From a virus (lineage: Duplodnaviria; Caudoviricetes), in IMG/VR virus record IMGVR_UViG_3300046791_000095, positions 673-64,672 of that record: a stretch of DNA of 64,000 nt; one strand, given 5' to 3'. Position 1 is the first letter of the stretch; every line of letters begins with the position of its first letter. The notes beneath the pieces were generated by a model. That model ran no database searches and had not been told where the DNA came from. It worked only from the letters and a program-made list of their open reading frames with translations. Positions 9,439 to 18,505 of this stretch are shown here, one piece after another. The position numbers and the translations under genes are program-made.

Positions 9439-10728
9439 GTGAGCAACATTCGCTGGTTCACCGACATCAACGAGGTTGAGCCCGAAGCGCGTGCGCAGGT
9501 GGAACGGACGGCGAGCATGCCCTTCGTCAAAGGCGTAGCCGTCATGCCTGATGTTCACTTCGGCAGAGGCTCGACTGTGGGCACCGTTGTGGCTACGAAG
9601 GGTGCAGTCATGCCTGCCTGTGTGGGCGTGGACATCGGCTGTGGGATGATCGCGGTCCGGACGAATCTCAAGCCCGAGGCTGTGCGCCCGCATCTCGTGA
9701 AGATTCGTGAGGGCATCGAACGACGCATCCCGCTCGGGATCGGCCAGCGGGGGATGAACTCGAAGATTCTCCCGACGGCCGAGTCACGCATTGCGATGCT
9801 CGAAGCTGAGGCTGCGCACGCGTGGGCCGATGTGAATCACATGAACGCCCGCGCGAAGGACTGGCGGAGTCAGTTGGGCTCCCTCGGTGGGGGTAATCAC
9901 TTCATCGAGGTGTGCGTGGGACGCTCCTTCGACAACTACGACGCCGATAGTGTTGGATTTCCTTTTGGCCCGGAGGAGGTCTGGGTCATCCTTCACTCTG
10001 GCTCGCGCGGTGTTGGCAACAAGACGGGAACTCACTGGACCCAGGTTGCCAAGAAGCAGGCGGCCCGGTACAAGTACGACACGTACCTGCCTGATGCTGA
10101 TCTCGCGTACCTTGTGCAGGAGAGCGAGGAGTACCATCAGTACATGAAGGAGTTGTACTGGTGTCAGTCCTTCGCGCAACTCAACCGTGACGAGATGATG
10201 GATCGGGTTATCAATGAACTGTCTTACACACTGTGCGGTGGATACGGAACTCCTGCTCTTCCGTTTGACATCGATCTGCGGAAGGACATGGAGTCTGACA
10301 GGCTCATTGAAGTCGAGCGCATCAACTGTCATCATAACTACGTCAGCAAGGAGCATCATGATGGCGACAACGTCCTCATCACCCGGAAGGGCGCAATACT
10401 GGCGTCTGATGGAACGCGCGGGCTCATTCCCGGTTCGATGGGGGCGAGCAGTTTCATCGTTACGGGCCTTGGGCATTCCGGAGCGTACTGTAGCGCACCT
10501 CATGGGGCTGGCCGCAGAATGTCTCGAACGGCAGCACGAAAGCAGTTCACTCTCGAAGGAGTCACGCAAGAGATGGCGTCGCTCGGCATTGAAGCCCGAG
10601 TCCGCGAAGCAATCGTTGACGAAGCTCCGGGCGCGTACAAGAACATCGACATCGTGATGTTCGATGCGCGGGAGCTTGTGCGTCCGACGCACGTCCTGAA
10701 TCAACTCATCAGCGTGAAGGGAGACTGA
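9439..10728 (+). CDS. rtcB: RtcB RNA ligase
   Basis: MPDVHFG, GVDIGCG, LGGGNHF, HSGSRG, HHNY, PGSMG, HGAGR, DEAPGAYK, terminal KG. Confidence 0.95.
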   Translation: MSNIRWFTDINEVEPEARAQVERTASMPFVKGVAVMPDVHFGRGSTVGTVVATKGAVMPACVGVDIGCGMIAVRTNLKPEAVRPHLVKIREGIERRIPLGIGQRGMNSKILPTAESRIAMLEAEAAHAWADVNHMNARAKDWRSQLGSLGGGNHFIEVCVGRSFDNYDADSVGFPFGPEEVWVILHSGSRGVGNKTGTHWTQVAKKQAARYKYDTYLPDADLAYLVQESEEYHQYMKELYWCQSFAQLNRDEMMDRVINELSYTLCGGYGTPALPFDIDLRKDMESDRLIEVERINCHHNYVSKEHHDGDNVLITRKGAILASDGTRGLIPGSMGASSFIVTGLGHSGAYCSAPHGAGRRMSRTAARKQFTLEGVTQEMASLGIEARVREAIVDEAPGAYKNIDIVMFDARELVRPTHVLNQLISVKGD

Positions 10729-10923
10729 GGATGAACTGCCCGGGCGACCGGCACAACTGGCGCAGAATCTTCTGGTGGACATCACGGCTCCTTTCGTGCG
10801 TCGCTTGCGGAAGAATTGCTGTGAAGACGAGTCAGGTCACGTACAGTATGTTCAAGCACGAGGCTGTGCAGATCGGTGGCTACGCACCCGACCACACCTC
10901 TTCTTGGCACAGAGGAGCGTAAG

Positions 10924-11943
10924 ATGTCTTCTTGGACTTCATACCCGAAGGTGTGGTCGATGGGCCACCGGCTCGTGCAGGACCTCCTGCTAGATGACGT
11001 GATCGTCGAGGAGAAGGTAGATGGGAGTCAGTTCTCGTTTGGCCTCATCGATGGAGAACTCAAGATCAAGTCGAAGGGCGCGATCATCTACCCCGATGCT
11101 CCTCCTGCCATGTTTCGGGGCGCAGTGGAAACAGTCCTCTCGATCCAGGACAAGCTCATTCCTGGGTGGACGTATCGCGCTGAAGTACTCAGCCGGCCGA
11201 AGCACAACGTACTGGCCTACGACCGCGTCCCGCAGGGGAACCTCATCCTATTCGACATCGCGGTCGGTCTCGAAGACTACATGCTGCGTAGCATGAAAGT
11301 AGCAGAAGCTCAGGTGCTCGGTCTGGAGATCGTGCCTGTCGTCTACACGGGCAAGGTCACCTCGGCTGAGCAGGTGATCGCGCTCCTTGACCGTACCAGC
11401 ATCCTCGGCGGCCAGAAGATCGAAGGCGTCGTCGTCAAGAACTACAGCCGCTTTGGAATCGACGGCAAGCCGCTCATGGCGAAGTACGTCGCCGAGGCGT
11501 TCAAGGAGGTCCACAAGGGTGAGTGGCGGAAGGAGAACCCGACAAACAACGATGTCGTGACTCTCCTCGTCAACTCGCTCCGCACTCCTGCACGGTGGTC
11601 CAAGGCGGTGCAGCATCTCCGCGAAGCCGGGACGCTCACCGACTCTCCGAAGGACATCGGTCCTCTGCTGCATGAGATGCAGAAGGACGTGGAGGAGGAA
11701 GAGAAGCAGTTGATCATCGAGCGGCTCTATAAGTGGGCGTGGCCCCATATCCGTCGAGGGATCACCCACGGGTTCCCGGAGTGGTACAAGGAGCAGCTTC
11801 TCGTGAAGCAGTTCGAGACGATGCGGGATCAAGGGATTGTCGTGGATGATGCTGTCCGCTCGCTCGCTGACATTCCCCTTGGTGTCCGTGAGCCTTGGTG
11901 TACGTGCCGCGAAGGACACGAGTGTGAAGGACACCGCGCATGA
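10924..11943 (+). CDS. ATP-dependent RNA ligase, Rnl2-like
   Basis: YPK, motif I EEKVDGSQF, FDI, EGVVVK, K.V...FKE. Confidence 0.8.
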   Translation: MSSWTSYPKVWSMGHRLVQDLLLDDVIVEEKVDGSQFSFGLIDGELKIKSKGAIIYPDAPPAMFRGAVETVLSIQDKLIPGWTYRAEVLSRPKHNVLAYDRVPQGNLILFDIAVGLEDYMLRSMKVAEAQVLGLEIVPVVYTGKVTSAEQVIALLDRTSILGGQKIEGVVVKNYSRFGIDGKPLMAKYVAEAFKEVHKGEWRKENPTNNDVVTLLVNSLRTPARWSKAVQHLREAGTLTDSPKDIGPLLHEMQKDVEEEEKQLIIERLYKWAWPHIRRGITHGFPEWYKEQLLVKQFETMRDQGIVVDDAVRSLADIPLGVREPWCTCREGHECEGHRA

Positions 11944-12034
11944 CGAGGCTCTCTGATCGAATCCCCTATTCCTGGGGCTGGTGGTGGCGATACCTCCTCG
12001 ACTGGTGGTATCGGTTTATCGGACGGAGGAAGCG

Positions 12035-12313
12035 ATGAGTCACCCGACAGTTCTCGGTCCGTGGTACGTGGTGCAACGACTCGTTGTTCTCCCGGACGGT
12101 GCTACTGCTGAAGCCTGGGAGAAGATGAAGACGGACACTATCGAGTACTACACCGCAATGGAAGATGGAGACCGGTCGTGGCAGAGCAACAAGAAGCTCG
12201 CTCTCCTCTTCATGTCTCTTCACAGTGCAGCGCGTGTTCGCGAGTCTGAGGTTGCAGAGATTCGCGTGCTCACGACGCGGGAGGAAGCCAATGAGTTCGG
12301 ACGTGGAGAGTAG
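12035..12313 (+). CDS. hypothetical protein
   Basis: GGAGG RBS; 92 aa. Confidence 0.55.
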   Translation: MSHPTVLGPWYVVQRLVVLPDGATAEAWEKMKTDTIEYYTAMEDGDRSWQSNKKLALLFMSLHSAARVRESEVAEIRVLTTREEANEFGRGE

Positions 12314-12605
12314 TTTCAACGAGTTGAAGACGGTCACTCGTGTTCGGGCTGAACTCGAACGCGCACAGGAGAAGCACCCCCGATGGCCGAGCGACCTTGG
12401 CCGGCAGCTTCTCGTAGTCTCTGAGGAGATGGGTGAAGCGGTGCAGGCGGGCGTGTCACTCATGGAGTACGAAGACACGGGTGTCGATCTCGATGACTCC
12501 GCAGACCGTACTGTGTGGCACGAGTTGAACGACAAGATCAACAACGAGATGATCCAGGTCGCCGCAATGGCGCTACGTTTCCTCATGAACAGGACGGTCA
12601 GATGA
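12291..12605 (+). CDS. MazG-like all-alpha NTP pyrophosphatase
   Basis: AELERAQEKHP, EEMGEAVQA, EMIQVAAMALR. Confidence 0.65.
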   Translation: MSSDVESSFNELKTVTRVRAELERAQEKHPRWPSDLGRQLLVVSEEMGEAVQAGVSLMEYEDTGVDLDDSADRTVWHELNDKINNEMIQVAAMALRFLMNRTVR

Positions 12606-12790
12606 TGAATCTCAAGGAGCTATGGGCTCAGGTGGCAGGTGCGCCACTTGACGCGGAAGTGGTCATTGCGTTTACCGAGACGACGTACGAGGATGACTCC
12701 GAGATCGAGGAGGACGTTCTTGTCCCGGTCGGGCATGTCAACTTCGACCGGCAGACGAACACGATCACGATCTACGAGGTGAAGCAGTGA
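12602..12790 (+). CDS. hypothetical acidic protein
   Basis: Coupled to both neighbours. Confidence 0.55.
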   Translation: MMNLKELWAQVAGAPLDAEVVIAFTETTYEDDSEIEEDVLVPVGHVNFDRQTNTITIYEVKQ

Positions 12791-13065
12791 TCCGCCCCCT
12801 CGGTCCTCGTCTCGTGGTGAAGCGTCTGGAAGCACCGAAGCTGGCATCGGAGCACATCCTGATCCCGGAGACGATTGAGCAGAAGGCATCGCCCTTCGCC
12901 CTCGTTCTCGCTGTGGGAACTCTTCAGCAGGGTGGCATCAGTGTTGGTGACACGGTGATCCTCACCGACTACTGTGGCGCTCCATGCGTCGTTGAACTCG
13001 ATGGTGAGCGAATCGACGCGATCCTCGTCCCGGAGCACGATGTACTGGCGGTCGTGGAGGAGTAA
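12787..13065 (+). CDS. groES: co-chaperonin GroES (Cpn10)
   Basis: IRPLGPRLVVKR, VLAVG, VGDTV, E.DVLAVV. Confidence 0.85.
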   Translation: MIRPLGPRLVVKRLEAPKLASEHILIPETIEQKASPFALVLAVGTLQQGGISVGDTVILTDYCGAPCVVELDGERIDAILVPEHDVLAVVEE

Positions 13066-13067
13066 CC

Positions 13068-13481
13068 ATGAAGGTGCTAACCATCGGGACCTTCGATCTT
13101 TTCCACGAGGGTCACCTACATCTGCTTCAAGCCTGCCGTAAACTTGCGGGAGGTGACATCGTCGCCGTCGGCGTCAATACCGATGAGTTCGTGAAGAAGT
13201 TCAAGGGCGAGTACCCGGTCAACACGGAGAGAACGAGAGCGGCTGTCGTTGATAGCTGTAGGTACGTCAACCAGACGAAGTACAACACCGACGGCGGTGA
13301 ATGGCTAATCAAGCTAGTCCGTCCTGACATCCTCGTCATCGGTAGCGACTGGGCAAAGAAGGACTACCTCGGTCAGATCGGTATGACACAGCATGCACTG
13401 GACAGTCTTGGAATCCTCCTCGTGTACGTTCCCTACACGGAAGGGATCAGCAGCACGATGATCAAGGAACGCATGCGATGA
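13068..13481 (+). CDS. TagD/RfaE-like cytidylyltransferase
   Basis: GTFDLFHEGH, GVNTDE, GSDW, YTEGISST. Confidence 0.9.
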   Translation: MKVLTIGTFDLFHEGHLHLLQACRKLAGGDIVAVGVNTDEFVKKFKGEYPVNTERTRAAVVDSCRYVNQTKYNTDGGEWLIKLVRPDILVIGSDWAKKDYLGQIGMTQHALDSLGILLVYVPYTEGISSTMIKERMR

Positions 13482-14062
13482 GCCTCACTGCCATCATCAC
13501 TGCGCACCGTGCTGTCCCTTGGGGGATCATGGAGAATCTGGCGAGGCAGACGAAGCTTCCCGGGCAGGTGCTCGTGGGAGTGTCGGAGATGCCGACCTCG
13601 ATTGTTCCGAGCTTTCCTTTCCCCTTCGTCCTCACACAGTCGGCAAACGAGAACGACTTCGGCTACCGGAAGAGGAATCGTCTTCTCAGTCTCGTGACCG
13701 AGGAGTTCGTCGGGTTCTTCTGTCACGATGACAGCTACGACAACGACTACATCGAGAGGATGTTGGAAGCAGCGAAGTCGATGGAGGCAGACGCGGTCTA
13801 CTGCTCCTGGAACCAAATCCCGAACTGTGAGTTCAAGGGATGTAGCTCTACGCTCGGAAACTTCATCGTGAAGGCATCCATCCTCGAAGAGATCGGTGGC
13901 TTCCCTCCGTGCAAGAACGAAGGGCTCAGAGACGCAGAACTCATCAACGCGATTCGAGAGAAGGCTAGCCGTATCGCCCGAGTCAACATCATGCTGTACC
14001 AGCACAACGTGCCCTACTGGAAAGACATCCAGCCGAGCGTATGGGGAGTGATTCAGCCATGA
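13478..14062 (+). CDS. glycosyltransferase family 2 (GT-A)
   Basis: RN..L, FFCHDDSY (DxD-like), YIERML, IGGFP...D. Confidence 0.75.
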   Translation: MSLTAIITAHRAVPWGIMENLARQTKLPGQVLVGVSEMPTSIVPSFPFPFVLTQSANENDFGYRKRNRLLSLVTEEFVGFFCHDDSYDNDYIERMLEAAKSMEADAVYCSWNQIPNCEFKGCSSTLGNFIVKASILEEIGGFPPCKNEGLRDAELINAIREKASRIARVNIMLYQHNVPYWKDIQPSVWGVIQP

Positions 14063-14343
14063 CGGCATTCGAAAAGCAGCTTGAAGCAATCGGCTCGGCA
14101 CTGCTCCGCATTCCGAACTTGCCTGATGGTTCTGTTTGGTCACTGACTTGTACGAACGACGATGATGCCGAATCACCGTCGGTCCTCAACATCTTTGTCC
14201 CAGAATCTGAGTGGCTCATTCTTCAAGGCCGACTGAAGCTTGGAAAATCAGTGGACAGAAGTACGAGCGGCATCGGAGACCAGTTCATCTCTTACCGAGT
14301 GGGGACGCTCCTCATCTCGTTCATCGAAGTGGAGAACACATGA
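14059..14343 (+). CDS. hypothetical protein
   Basis: ATGA coupling at both ends. Confidence 0.55.
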   Translation: MTAFEKQLEAIGSALLRIPNLPDGSVWSLTCTNDDDAESPSVLNIFVPESEWLILQGRLKLGKSVDRSTSGIGDQFISYRVGTLLISFIEVENT

Positions 14344-15098
14344 CCATCGAAGACAACACCCCTGTTGATGAGACTCCCCAGGTCGCTGAGGTTCCGGCTT
14401 CTCTCGCTGGCGTTGACGCGGAGAAGCTCGCAGCCCTGAAGGAGAAGCTCAAGAAGTTCACTGCCCGCGCTGAGGAGCAGCCCGTCGAGGCAGCGCCCAC
14501 GGAAGAGGAGACCAAGGCTCCTGTCAACGAAGGCAAGGATGTGGACTGGAGCGAGTACGACCTCGACTTCAACGTGCGCCATCTGTACCCTCAGGCGAAG
14601 TTCCGTATGACTCCGCAGGGTCCGAAGTGGGTCGTGCTCGTGGACGAGTTCCTGTCTACCACGCGTAACTTCGGCAGTCATGGGAAGACGGTCAAGGCGC
14701 TCAAGGGTGACGGCGAGGAGCCGCTCAACATGGGCGAGTATCTCGGCAATCTTCTGAACTCCCCCGAAGGCTGGCGCCTCGTATCGGTGCTCCCCATGAG
14801 CGGTGGACAGGCAGGCATCATGCTTCAGCGGGCTGTGCCGGTGGTCCTGCCGGACCCGGTGCCCCTGAAGAAGGAGACGGAAGTCGAAGCTCCGGTCGAC
14901 GCGGAACTCAAGACGGTCGAGGACGCTGCTCTCGACTTCATGCGCACTGAGGGGATCGATGAACCGATCCTAATGGAAGAGGAAGTTGAAGGCGCGCGTG
15001 ATGCGGAGCATTCGACCGAGTCCTTCGATCCTGTGGAGTCTCCCGGCATGACGGACCTGATGGTGGCTCCGGAGAGCATTCCTGATCAGGAGGTCTGA
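14340..15098 (+). CDS. hypothetical acidic protein (DUF4177-like segment)
   Basis: LN..EGWRLVSV motif; good codon usage. Confidence 0.6.
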   Translation: MTIEDNTPVDETPQVAEVPASLAGVDAEKLAALKEKLKKFTARAEEQPVEAAPTEEETKAPVNEGKDVDWSEYDLDFNVRHLYPQAKFRMTPQGPKWVVLVDEFLSTTRNFGSHGKTVKALKGDGEEPLNMGEYLGNLLNSPEGWRLVSVLPMSGGQAGIMLQRAVPVVLPDPVPLKKETEVEAPVDAELKTVEDAALDFMRTEGIDEPILMEEEVEGARDAEHSTESFDPVESPGMTDLMVAPESIPDQEV

Positions 15099-16018
15099 TG
15101 TACCGGGTGAACGTATCGAGCGTTCAGGACTTCATGCAGTGCCGCTTCCGCTGGTGGGCAAAGTGGATCATGAACAGAGTGCCGGTGGTGTCCGCGCCGG
15201 CACTCGATGCGGGCAAGCTCCTTCATCAGGCGTTCGAGCTTCATGAGAAAACAGGAGACCCACTCGACCTGAGTCTCAAAGCCTGTTGTCTTGCTTTCCG
15301 TACCAAGATTCCGGATGAGCATCCTGCGGCTCATGTCAACCTCTACAAGTCCGTAGAGACGATGGAAGACCTGATCGAAGCGATGCCGCTCTGGAAGGAC
15401 AAGTTCCCGATCACGGAGGTCCTCGAAGTCGAGCAGCCCTCCGAATGGCAAGACCCAGTACAGCTAGATGTGATGTGGCTAGTGCGACCCGACAAAGTCA
15501 TCGTCCTGAACAAGCGTATCTGGCACCAGCAACGACGAGGGCTCGCTGCTTCTGTGAACTTCGGGATGTACACTCGTCTTGCAAAGCGTCACTACCACGA
15601 GCATCTCTACGGTCTTGTGCTCAGTGACAAGTACAAGAGTAGGAGACTCAAGTACGGTGGAACTCTCTTCGATCTCACGCGCAAGCTGAAGTTCAGGACG
15701 AACGTGGGGAAGAAGAACGAGGCGACGAAGACGGCTGAGGAGATGTTCTATCAGCAGCCGGTGACGTATGACCTCAAGAGTCCGCTGCACAAGTCAGTGA
15801 TGTGGGCTCTCCGCGAGCATGTTCGAGGTATGCGGGAGGTCACGCGTAACTGGGAAGAGAAACAGATCATCCCGGCGCCCAACGACAAGATGAATGGAGG
15901 ATACGGTGGCAACAGCGAAGACCCATACTTCCGCGTCCTCATCGGGGAGATCGGGCTCGACAACGACGAGGTCTTCAAAGCGCGGGAAGACACCTACGCC
16001 AACCTCGTCACGGAGTGA
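15098..16018 (+). CDS. PD-(D/E)XK RecB-like nuclease
   Basis: SS...FMQCRFRW, AL.AGKLLHQAFE, EVE, RPDKV; catalytic motif divergent. Confidence 0.7.
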   Translation: MYRVNVSSVQDFMQCRFRWWAKWIMNRVPVVSAPALDAGKLLHQAFELHEKTGDPLDLSLKACCLAFRTKIPDEHPAAHVNLYKSVETMEDLIEAMPLWKDKFPITEVLEVEQPSEWQDPVQLDVMWLVRPDKVIVLNKRIWHQQRRGLAASVNFGMYTRLAKRHYHEHLYGLVLSDKYKSRRLKYGGTLFDLTRKLKFRTNVGKKNEATKTAEEMFYQQPVTYDLKSPLHKSVMWALREHVRGMREVTRNWEEKQIIPAPNDKMNGGYGGNSEDPYFRVLIGEIGLDNDEVFKAREDTYANLVTE

Positions 16019-17024
16019 GGTTGATGCTCTGTGGCGGGTGCTTCCACATCCTCCTGGGTCTGTTGTGCGTCTATTTGCTCGCGGGGGTGATCACAGGGAA
16101 GGGGATTTTGCTCGGACGCCGGCCGAAGTCCGTCGGTTCATCAAAGCGTACCCGGACCACAATATCTACGTGGCTCCGAACCCGACGGGACAGACGGGCG
16201 GGGCAAGGCACTCAGCGAAAGACGTGACGCACTGGTCTTACCTTCTCATTGACATGGACCCGATCTGTACCTGTAAGCCGACGAAGAAATCGTGTGCCAA
16301 GTGTCTCAAGGCAGCACGACCTGCTGAAGCACTGGAGGAAGCTCTCCTCTGGCTTGGTGAGTGGATCGGGAAGGACTTCAGTAAGAATCGACCGCTCACC
16401 CTCGACTCAGGGAGGGGCGTGCAGGCGTGGATCAGACTTGAAGACTGGAAGTTTGCCGACGACAAAGCTGACGTAGCAGCACATCGATCAGGTGGTCCAG
16501 TCTGTATTGGTAGAACAATCGCTCGCCGAGTGAATGGCTACTGGTTGAAGAAGCTTGATGAGAAGCTCGGGGTAACACATGGATGTCGAATCGACACGAG
16601 CGTATCGGACCTCCCTCGGGTGATGCGGTGCCCCGGTTCGATCAACGTGAAGACAGGGAGGATGTCGAAGTTCATCAACGTGACGGATCGTGTGTTCGTG
16701 GGCCTGGCTCAGTTGCTCACAGTAGGAACGCCAACATCGGCAATGAGTGACCCAGAATCTCCGAAGGATGTCGTAGCGGGACAGTCGTGGCAGATGGTGT
16801 TCCCGCACCTCACGATGATGGCTCAGGTCTACCTGACACAAGGACAGGCTGAACCGGGCCGGCACAAGGTGATGTGGCATACAGCAAAGAAGTTCAGAGA
16901 ACTCGGTGTCTCGCGTCGTGAAGCTTCTCGTGCTCTGAAGTGGGCAAATCGGCTACAAGGAGAAGAAGAAGAACTCCCGACCGATCAGATAACCCACGCT
17001 CTGGACACAGCTTACAACGGCTAG
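15894..17024 (+). CDS. RepB-type (AEP superfamily) DNA primase; start uncertain
   Basis: IYVAPNP, IDMD, DSGRGVQAW, DLPRVMRCPGSINVK, C-terminal PGRH helical domain. Confidence 0.75.
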   Translation: MEDTVATAKTHTSASSSGRSGSTTTRSSKRGKTPTPTSSRSEVDALWRVLPHPPGSVVRLFARGGDHREGDFARTPAEVRRFIKAYPDHNIYVAPNPTGQTGGARHSAKDVTHWSYLLIDMDPICTCKPTKKSCAKCLKAARPAEALEEALLWLGEWIGKDFSKNRPLTLDSGRGVQAWIRLEDWKFADDKADVAAHRSGGPVCIGRTIARRVNGYWLKKLDEKLGVTHGCRIDTSVSDLPRVMRCPGSINVKTGRMSKFINVTDRVFVGLAQLLTVGTPTSAMSDPESPKDVVAGQSWQMVFPHLTMMAQVYLTQGQAEPGRHKVMWHTAKKFRELGVSRREASRALKWANRLQGEEEELPTDQITHALDTAYNG

Positions 17025-17028
17025 ACAC

Positions 17029-17057
17029 TTGACATCTACCCCGGACTGTGAGATGCT
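17029..17057 (+). promoter_or_regulatory. possible sigma70-type promoter
   Basis: TTGACA, 17 bp spacer, weak -10 GATGCT, in an intergenic gap. Confidence 0.35.
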
Positions 17058-17112
17058 AGTCTGGGATAGGAACCCACTGGAACGAAGTACACCACAACGA
17101 GGAGGCTTCATC

Positions 17113-17364
17113 ATGGCTACTGGCACTGGCACGACGACCACGGGACGCGTGAGCACGACTACTCCGAACTCGACGCGGGTCACTGCGCCGACGACGACTC
17201 GGCCCACGGTCTACAACATCATCGAGGACTTCTCTTACGGATTCGCGGTCGAGATCAATGGGGTGTTGGCTCGCAATCGTACGGGAGAGATCAGTTGGTA
17301 CTCGACCCGGAGCGGCGCACGGAAGCGCATCACGCGGGAGCGCGTCAGTAGCTTCAATAGCTAG
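17113..17364 (+). CDS. small protein with Thr-rich N-terminus
   Basis: GAGGAGG RBS. Confidence 0.65.
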   Translation: MATGTGTTTTGRVSTTTPNSTRVTAPTTTRPTVYNIIEDFSYGFAVEINGVLARNRTGEISWYSTRSGARKRITRERVSSFNS

Positions 17365-17385
17365 GAGAGGCAGACCGCGTCTCTT

Positions 17386-17466
17386 TGTGCGGGCAGTAGT
17401 GTAAATGCTCGCGCATTCAGACTACGGAGTCTGAGGTGGTAGGGTGGCGACTACCCTGCCCGCGCA
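17386..17466 (+). ncRNA. tRNA-like element with extended anticodon arm
   Basis: CGGGCAG/CTGCCCG acceptor stem, TA, D-like arm, TTCAGACT-ACGG-AGTCTGAG hairpin, GGTAG/CTACC T-like arm. Confidence 0.55.
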
Positions 17467-17507
17467 ACGAGGCGTCGGTACACGCCTACAACCTAGCAGG
17501 AGGTACT

Positions 17508-18398
17508 GTGGCGAAGAAGGAAAGTGAGAACATCCTCAACTTCTTTCACGGCTCGGACATCAACGAGACGGCGAAGGAGAGGATTCTGATCTACGGCCGA
17601 GCGGGCGTCGGTAAGACGCGCTTCGGTCTGTCGATCCCTGAGCACTGGGGTCGCATCGCGTACTACGCGGCTGACAAGAACTCGTGGCTCCTGAGTTCGA
17701 TCAGTCAGAAGAAGCGGGATCGCATCGAGGTTGTGCGCCCCGAGGGACCTGATCCTACGTCGCAGTTCATGCAGTTCTGCATGATGGACCTGGATGAGCT
17801 TGGTCCCGACATTGGTGTCATCGTCGTGGACACGTACACGAAGGTCGCGATGGACGGTGTCTCGTACACTGCGAACTCTCTGTCGGTGGACCGCGAGAAG
17901 CACTACATCATCGGGGAACTCGGCAAGGGGGGCATCGCGATTCCGAACCGTGGCGACTATCAGGGTATCGATGGTCTCTCGAAGAGCTACCTCGATACGC
18001 TGTTCGACTCGCATCCCGACAAGCACATCATCTTCATCATGCACGAAGAGAGCAAGATGGTCGGTGGTGCCAATGGGACGATGATCGGTGGTCCGCAGCA
18101 TCCGGGCTGGACGATGATCGACTACCTGCCGGCACAGTTCAGCACCATTGTTCGTCTCATCCGTGACGAGGTCCTCGTTCCGGGAGCGGACGATGTTACG
18201 CCGGTCGTGGTCGCAATCACGGAGTACGACGGTAAGTTCCCGGCGAAGCTCCGCACCTGCGATGAAGAAGCTCCGAATCCGCTGGCCCGTCGTGAACTGG
18301 CTCGTAACCCATCGTCTTGGTGGGAAGACTACGAGGCGTACATGACCGATCTATCCACGCCAGTCGTCAAGAAGAAGAAACCGAAGAAGACTGCATAG
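17508..18398 (+). CDS. AAA/RecA-like phage ATPase (Sak4-like)
   Basis: IYGRAGVGKT, VIVVDT, FIMHE; AGGAGG RBS. Confidence 0.8.
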   Translation: MAKKESENILNFFHGSDINETAKERILIYGRAGVGKTRFGLSIPEHWGRIAYYAADKNSWLLSSISQKKRDRIEVVRPEGPDPTSQFMQFCMMDLDELGPDIGVIVVDTYTKVAMDGVSYTANSLSVDREKHYIIGELGKGGIAIPNRGDYQGIDGLSKSYLDTLFDSHPDKHIIFIMHEESKMVGGANGTMIGGPQHPGWTMIDYLPAQFSTIVRLIRDEVLVPGADDVTPVVVAITEYDGKFPAKLRTCDEEAPNPLARRELARNPSSWWEDYEAYMTDLSTPVVKKKKPKKTA

Positions 18399-18505
18399 TT
18401 CGGAATCACCGGAACTGAAAGAGCATAGAGATCGCCGAACAGGGGCATCTGAGCCTAAGAAGCTCTCTCTGTCGGGGTTATGCAGTCATCACTCAGGAGG
18501 AATTC

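Noticed and set aside
15098-16018. Cas4 / CRISPR adaptation gene
   Set aside because: Lacks the C-terminal Cys cluster and sits among replication genes; treated as a generic PD-(D/E)XK nuclease.
18420-18500. Glycine riboswitch (CGCCGAA ... CTCAGG resemblance)
   Set aside because: Only short fragments match and the aptamer stems could not be built.
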